In this document: positions 27,986 through 32,000 of the stretch, piece after piece
Layout of the letters: every line of letters starts with the position of its first letter
Position numbering within the stretch: position 1 is the first letter of the stretch
Origin: Yoonia algicola
GTDB taxonomy: Bacteria; Pseudomonadota; Alphaproteobacteria; Rhodobacterales; Rhodobacteraceae
NCBI RefSeq assembly: GCF_038443675.1
Contig: NZ_CP151762.1
Coordinates: 3,112,987-3,144,986, forward strand
DNA: 32,000 nucleotides
Direction: 5' to 3'
The notes under the pieces: generated by a model
Databases searched by the model: none
Told to the model about the DNA's origin: nothing
Seen by the model: the letters and a program-made list of their open reading frames with translations, nothing else
Position numbers and translations under genes: made by a program

Positions 27986-29203
27986 ATGACGTCGGTCACA
28001 GACCCACCACAGGGGTCGTTCCGCCTGTCGATGCTCATCAACGACACGCGTTATCGATCCTATACTTTCCAATTCATCGCTCTCGTGCTTCTGATCGGCT
28101 TTATGGCCTATCTGGGCATCAATCTGGTGAGCAACCTTGCGGCGCAGGGTCTGAACATTTCGTTTGGTTTTCTGGGCAATGCGGCAGGATATGACATTAA
28201 CCAGACCTTGGTCGAGTATGACAGCCAATCGTCGCACCTGCGGGCTGCAGTCGTCGGGATTATCAACACGCTGATTGTTGCTTTCCTTGCTTGCGTGACG
28301 GCAACCATCTTTGGCGTCATTGCAGGTGTTCTACGGCTTTCGAACAACTGGGTCGTGCGCAAATTGATGGCGTTCTACGTCGAGATCTTCCGGAACATTC
28401 CCGTTCTGATCTGGATCATCATTATCTTCTCGATCATGACCGTCAGCATGCCAGCACCGCGCGATTTCCGGGGTGAGGATCCTTCCGCCAGTATGTTGTT
28501 TGAATCCTTCGCCTTTACGAACCGCGGTGTTTATTCACCTGCTCCGGTCATTGATGGTGCAAGTGGCTGGATCGTCATTGGAGTCTTTATCGCTTCGATT
28601 ATCGGCATTTTTGCCTATCGCAGATACGCGACCAAGAAACTTTACGATACCGGGCAACTCCTGCCGATGCTCTGGCCATCCGTGGCGCTGTTTTTCGTGC
28701 CCGTGACCCTTGTCTACTTCATCCTCGGTCGTCCGATCACCTTGGACTATCCCTCGTTGCAAGGGTTTAACTTCCAAGGCGGGCTGCACCTGCGGGGGTC
28801 GTTGATTGCGCTTTGGTTTGCTTTGGCGATCTACACCGGTGCCTTTATCGCGGAAAACGTGCGTGCGGGTATTCTTGCGATTTCCAAGGGCCAGACAGAG
28901 GCTGCGGCCTCGCTTGGTCTGCGCCCCGGTCGGATCATGAACCTTGTGATCCTGCCTCAGGCGTTGCGGGTCATCATCCCGCCGCTGATTTCGCAATATC
29001 TCAACATCACCAAGAACAGCTCTCTGGCGATTGCTGTGGGATACATGGATGTCACATCCACGCTGGGCGGGATCACCCTGAACCAGACCGGTCGTGCGAT
29101 CGAATGTATCCTCTTGCTGATGCTGTTCTATCTGACGATCTCACTGCTGATCTCGGCTGTTATGAACGTCTACAACAACTCTGTTAAGCTGAGGGAGCGC
29201 TGA
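27986..29203 (+). CDS. aapQ: Amino-acid ABC transporter permease
   Basis: 405 aa, multi-TM. It has the EAA-type loop TEAAASLGLRPGRIMNLVILPQALRVIIPPL. Confidence 0.88.
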   Translation: MTSVTDPPQGSFRLSMLINDTRYRSYTFQFIALVLLIGFMAYLGINLVSNLAAQGLNISFGFLGNAAGYDINQTLVEYDSQSSHLRAAVVGIINTLIVAFLACVTATIFGVIAGVLRLSNNWVVRKLMAFYVEIFRNIPVLIWIIIIFSIMTVSMPAPRDFRGEDPSASMLFESFAFTNRGVYSPAPVIDGASGWIVIGVFIASIIGIFAYRRYATKKLYDTGQLLPMLWPSVALFFVPVTLVYFILGRPITLDYPSLQGFNFQGGLHLRGSLIALWFALAIYTGAFIAENVRAGILAISKGQTEAAASLGLRPGRIMNLVILPQALRVIIPPLISQYLNITKNSSLAIAVGYMDVTSTLGGITLNQTGRAIECILLLMLFYLTISLLISAVMNVYNNSVKLRER

Positions 29204-29204
29204 T

Positions 29205-30503
29205 ATGTCAGATACACATTCACACTCAGTCGCTTTTGTCCGCACCGAAACCCTGCCGCAACTGCCCCCGCCCGCCAGCGAGGCAGGTGTGGTCAAGTGG
29301 ATGCGCGAGAACCTGTTCTCGAGCATCCCCAACAGCGTCCTGACGCTGGTCGCATTATATGTGATCTATCAGCTTGTGACGGGTGCATTCCCTTGGATGG
29401 CAAACGGCATCTGGAACACAAACTCTTTGGCAGAGTGTCGTGAAATCCTTGATGGCGCCACGGGCGCGTGTTTCTCGGTCATCACAGAGCGCTGGAACCA
29501 GCTTTTGTTCGGGTTCAGTTACCCGTCCGAATTTTACTGGCGTCCGGGACTGGCCTTCTTGTTGCTGTTTGTGGCGGCTGCACCTGTCATGTTTTTTGAC
29601 CTGCCGCGTAAACTGCTGCTGTTCACAGCGATTTACCCGTTCCTAGCCTACTGGCTGGTCTGGGGTGGCACGATCTATACCCCGCTGTTTGCGCTGCTGG
29701 GCATTGTCATCGGGTACCTTGTGTATGCGCGTTTCGTCAAAGACAGCTTTGCCATGGGCTTTTTCGGTGGCGTGATTGCCGCGTTCATCGCGTGGTTTAT
29801 CGGCGGATACATTGTCGGTGCCATCGCACCGGCCGAGCCATTCCTTGAGGCCGTGCAGTCGCGCGACATGGGGGGCTTTATGCTCAACATGACGCTTGGC
29901 GTGGTCTGTGTGTCGCTGTCCTTGCCGCTGGGTATCGTGCTGGCGCTGGGGCGTCAGTCGGACATGCCGATCATCAAGTGGATATGTGTGGTTTTCATCG
30001 AGTTTATCCGTGGCGTGCCGTTGATCACATTGCTTTTCGTAGCAAACGTGGTTCTGGCGTTCTTCCTGCCACCGGGTACGACATTCGATTTGATCCTGCG
30101 CGTGATCATCATGATCACCATGTTCTCGGCGGCCTATATCGCCGAGGTGATCCGGGGTGGTCTGGCCGCTTTGCCAAAGGGACAATACGAGGCCGGAGAC
30201 AGCCTTGGACTGGATTATGCGCAGTCGATGCGTCTGATCATCCTGCCGCAGGCGCTCAAGATCTCGATTCCGGGCATCGTGAACGTGGCGGTGGGTCTGT
30301 TCAAAGACACCACGCTGGTTTCGGTCATTTCGATGTTCGATCTGGTTGGCATGATCCGCGGACCCATTTTGTCGTCAACAGACTGGAACGGTGTGTACTG
30401 GGAGCTGTTTATGGCCGCCTCGGTTCTATTCTTCGTCGTGTGCTACGGCATTTCACAATACTCACAATGGTTGGAGCGCAGGCTCGCAACCGACCACCGA
30501 TAG
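29205..30503 (+). CDS. aapM: Amino-acid ABC transporter permease
   Basis: 432 aa, multi-TM. It has the loop YEAGDSLGLDYAQSMRLIILPQALKISIPG. Confidence 0.88.
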   Translation: MSDTHSHSVAFVRTETLPQLPPPASEAGVVKWMRENLFSSIPNSVLTLVALYVIYQLVTGAFPWMANGIWNTNSLAECREILDGATGACFSVITERWNQLLFGFSYPSEFYWRPGLAFLLLFVAAAPVMFFDLPRKLLLFTAIYPFLAYWLVWGGTIYTPLFALLGIVIGYLVYARFVKDSFAMGFFGGVIAAFIAWFIGGYIVGAIAPAEPFLEAVQSRDMGGFMLNMTLGVVCVSLSLPLGIVLALGRQSDMPIIKWICVVFIEFIRGVPLITLLFVANVVLAFFLPPGTTFDLILRVIIMITMFSAAYIAEVIRGGLAALPKGQYEAGDSLGLDYAQSMRLIILPQALKISIPGIVNVAVGLFKDTTLVSVISMFDLVGMIRGPILSSTDWNGVYWELFMAASVLFFVVCYGISQYSQWLERRLATDHR

Positions 30504-30515
30504 GAGGCTGATACC

Positions 30516-31283
30516 ATGGCCGAAGCAACAAAACTCAAAGTCTCTGACGAGCTGGCAATTACCATTGAGAATATGAACAAATGGTATGGGTCATTCCACG
30601 TGCTGCGCGACATCGACCTGTCGGTGTATCGGGGTGAGCGGATTGTCATCTGCGGCCCATCCGGGTCGGGCAAATCGACGCTGATCCGCTGCATCAACGC
30701 GTTGGAAGAGCACCAGCAAGGCAAGATCACCGTGGATGGCACAGTGCTGTCCTCGGACCTCAAGAACATCGACAAAATCCGGTCAGAGGTCGGCATGTGC
30801 TTTCAGCACTTCAACCTCTTCCCGCATCTGACGATCCTTGAAAACTGCACGCTGGCCCCGATCTGGGTACGCAAGACGCCCAAGAAGGAAGCCGAAGAAA
30901 CGGCGATGCACTTCCTTGAGAAGGTCAAAATCCCCGAGCAGGCCGACAAATACCCCGGTCAGTTGTCCGGTGGTCAGCAACAGCGTGTGGCGATTGCCCG
31001 TTCGCTTTGCATGAAGCCGCGCATCATGCTGTTTGACGAACCGACATCGGCGCTTGACCCTGAAATGATCAAAGAGGTGCTCGACACCATGATCGAACTG
31101 GCCGAGGAAGGCATGACCATGCTGTGCGTGACCCACGAGATGGGCTTTGCCCGTCAGGTCGCCAACCGTGTGATCTTTATGGACCAAGGCCAGATCGTGG
31201 AACAGAACGAGCCGGAAGAGTTCTTTAACAATCCCAAGTCCGACCGGACACAGTTGTTCCTGAGCCAGATTTTGGGTCATTAA
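30516..31283 (+). CDS. aapP: Amino-acid ABC transporter ATP-binding protein
   Basis: 255 aa. It has Walker [10 protein letters not shown], signature [13 protein letters not shown] and Walker [12 protein letters not shown]. Confidence 0.95.
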   Translation: MAEATKLKVSDELAITIENMNKWYGSFHVLRDIDLSVYRGERIVICGPSGSGKSTLIRCINALEEHQQGKITVDGTVLSSDLKNIDKIRSEVGMCFQHFNLFPHLTILENCTLAPIWVRKTPKKEAEETAMHFLEKVKIPEQADKYPGQLSGGQQQRVAIARSLCMKPRIMLFDEPTSALDPEMIKEVLDTMIELAEEGMTMLCVTHEMGFARQVANRVIFMDQGQIVEQNEPEEFFNNPKSDRTQLFLSQILGH

Positions 31284-31295
31284 GGCCGATTGATA

Positions 31296-31332
31296 GACAA
31301 CTGCAAAAGCCCCGGCATGTGAGTGACCGGGG
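31296..31332 (+). terminator. Rho-independent terminator after the ABC transporter operon
   Basis: aaaGCCCCGGcatgtgagtgaCCGGGGCtttttgttt. Confidence 0.75.
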
Positions 31333-31405
31333 CTTTTTGTTTGCGTCATGGCCGCAGCACAGATCCAAGCTTGTTTGCCAAGATGGACCGCGATACCGTT
31401 TACGA

Positions 31406-31885
31406 ATGCAGTTCAAAATAACGGACCTATGCGCGAATGATATCGCCAAAGCTGCCGTGCTTTGGGAACGTGGCTGGCATGAGGCTCATGCGACGCTCGT
31501 ACCACCAGAGCTCGTAAAGCTCAGAACCTCAGAGAGTTTTGCAAAGCGGTTGGAGAACTTTATCGGAAAGATACGCATAAGCATCGACGATAGTGAGGTC
31601 CTTGGCATCTGCATGACCAAAGAGGATGAACTGTACCAGATGTATGTTGCACCACAGGCGCGTGGTGCCGGTCTGGCGCAGGCGCTTATGCTGGATGCTG
31701 AGAGCCGACTGGCCGAAGCTGGCCATAATGACGCTTGGCTCGCATGTGCGGTTGGCAACGATAGGGCAGCAAGGTTCTACGCAAAGGCTGGGTGGCGAAA
31801 TGCCGGGTTACGTACCGTTGAGCTTGATACGATGAGCGGTCCTTTCCCACTCAAAATTTGGCGATATGAGAAGATTTTTTCATGA
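31406..31885 (+). CDS. GNAT-family N-acetyltransferase
   Basis: 159 aa from ATG 31406, downstream of the terminator that overlaps the track's 31319 start. It has acetyl-CoA motif A (QMYVAPQARGAGLAQALMLDAE) and then RFYAKAGW. Confidence 0.75.
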   Translation: MQFKITDLCANDIAKAAVLWERGWHEAHATLVPPELVKLRTSESFAKRLENFIGKIRISIDDSEVLGICMTKEDELYQMYVAPQARGAGLAQALMLDAESRLAEAGHNDAWLACAVGNDRAARFYAKAGWRNAGLRTVELDTMSGPFPLKIWRYEKIFS

Positions 31886-32000
31886 CTGCAAGGGCGTTGG
31901 TTATGTAATAGGGTCAAGTCTCGCAGTTGCACTATTCAATGTCTTGTGCCGATGTCCCGATCAGATCACGCGGTACCACAAAAGCTTCGCAGTGACCGCC

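Noticed and set aside
31932-32000. A possible 3' end of a minus-strand gene lies at the window edge (..GGHCEAFVVPRDLIGTSAQDIE* with its stop at 31932-31934).
   Set aside because: Only 22 codons are visible, which is too short to identify or to distinguish from a chance open frame.

Overview
This window looks like an alphaproteobacterial, Rhodobacterales-like chromosome segment; the taxon is inferred from protein sequence style and roughly 57% GC in core genes. It carries the str/S10/spc/alpha ribosomal supercluster: the fusA 3' part, tuf, rpsJ-rplC-rplD-rplW, rplB-rpsS-rplV-rpsC-rplP, rpmC-rpsQ-rplN-rplX-rplE-rpsN-rpsH-rplF-rplR-rpsE-rpmD, rplO-secY-adk and rpsM-rpsK-rpoA-rplQ. Downstream are an apparently frameshifted rarA, crcB, an RluA-family pseudouridine synthase, a HAD phosphatase, an ATP12-family chaperone, the polar amino-acid ABC transporter aapJQMP (bztABCD-like) and a GNAT acetyltransferase. 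The unusual point is that the normally contiguous ribosomal cluster is interrupted four times by non-ribosomal inserts. (1) Between tuf and rpsJ sits a low-GC 345-aa PIN-like protein with an unrecognised C-terminal domain. (2) Between rplW and rplB sits a minus-strand, translationally coupled pair: a Panacea/DUF4065 antitoxin plus a 193-aa basic protein of no family I recognise. This candidate toxin-antitoxin module is the best candidate for something undescribed. (3) Between rplP and rpmC sit a small 2-TM protein and a convergent TIGR02466-type 2OG-Fe(II) oxygenase. (4) Between rpmD and rplO sits a DUF1127 small protein. Each insert starts behind a hairpin/T-run terminator, often with a GTAG-headed REP/REPIN-like palindrome, and ends with a sigma70-type promoter. 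Three of these promoters are near-identical (TTGnnn-N16-CTATACGCC). No rRNA, tRNA, CRISPR array or transposase was seen.
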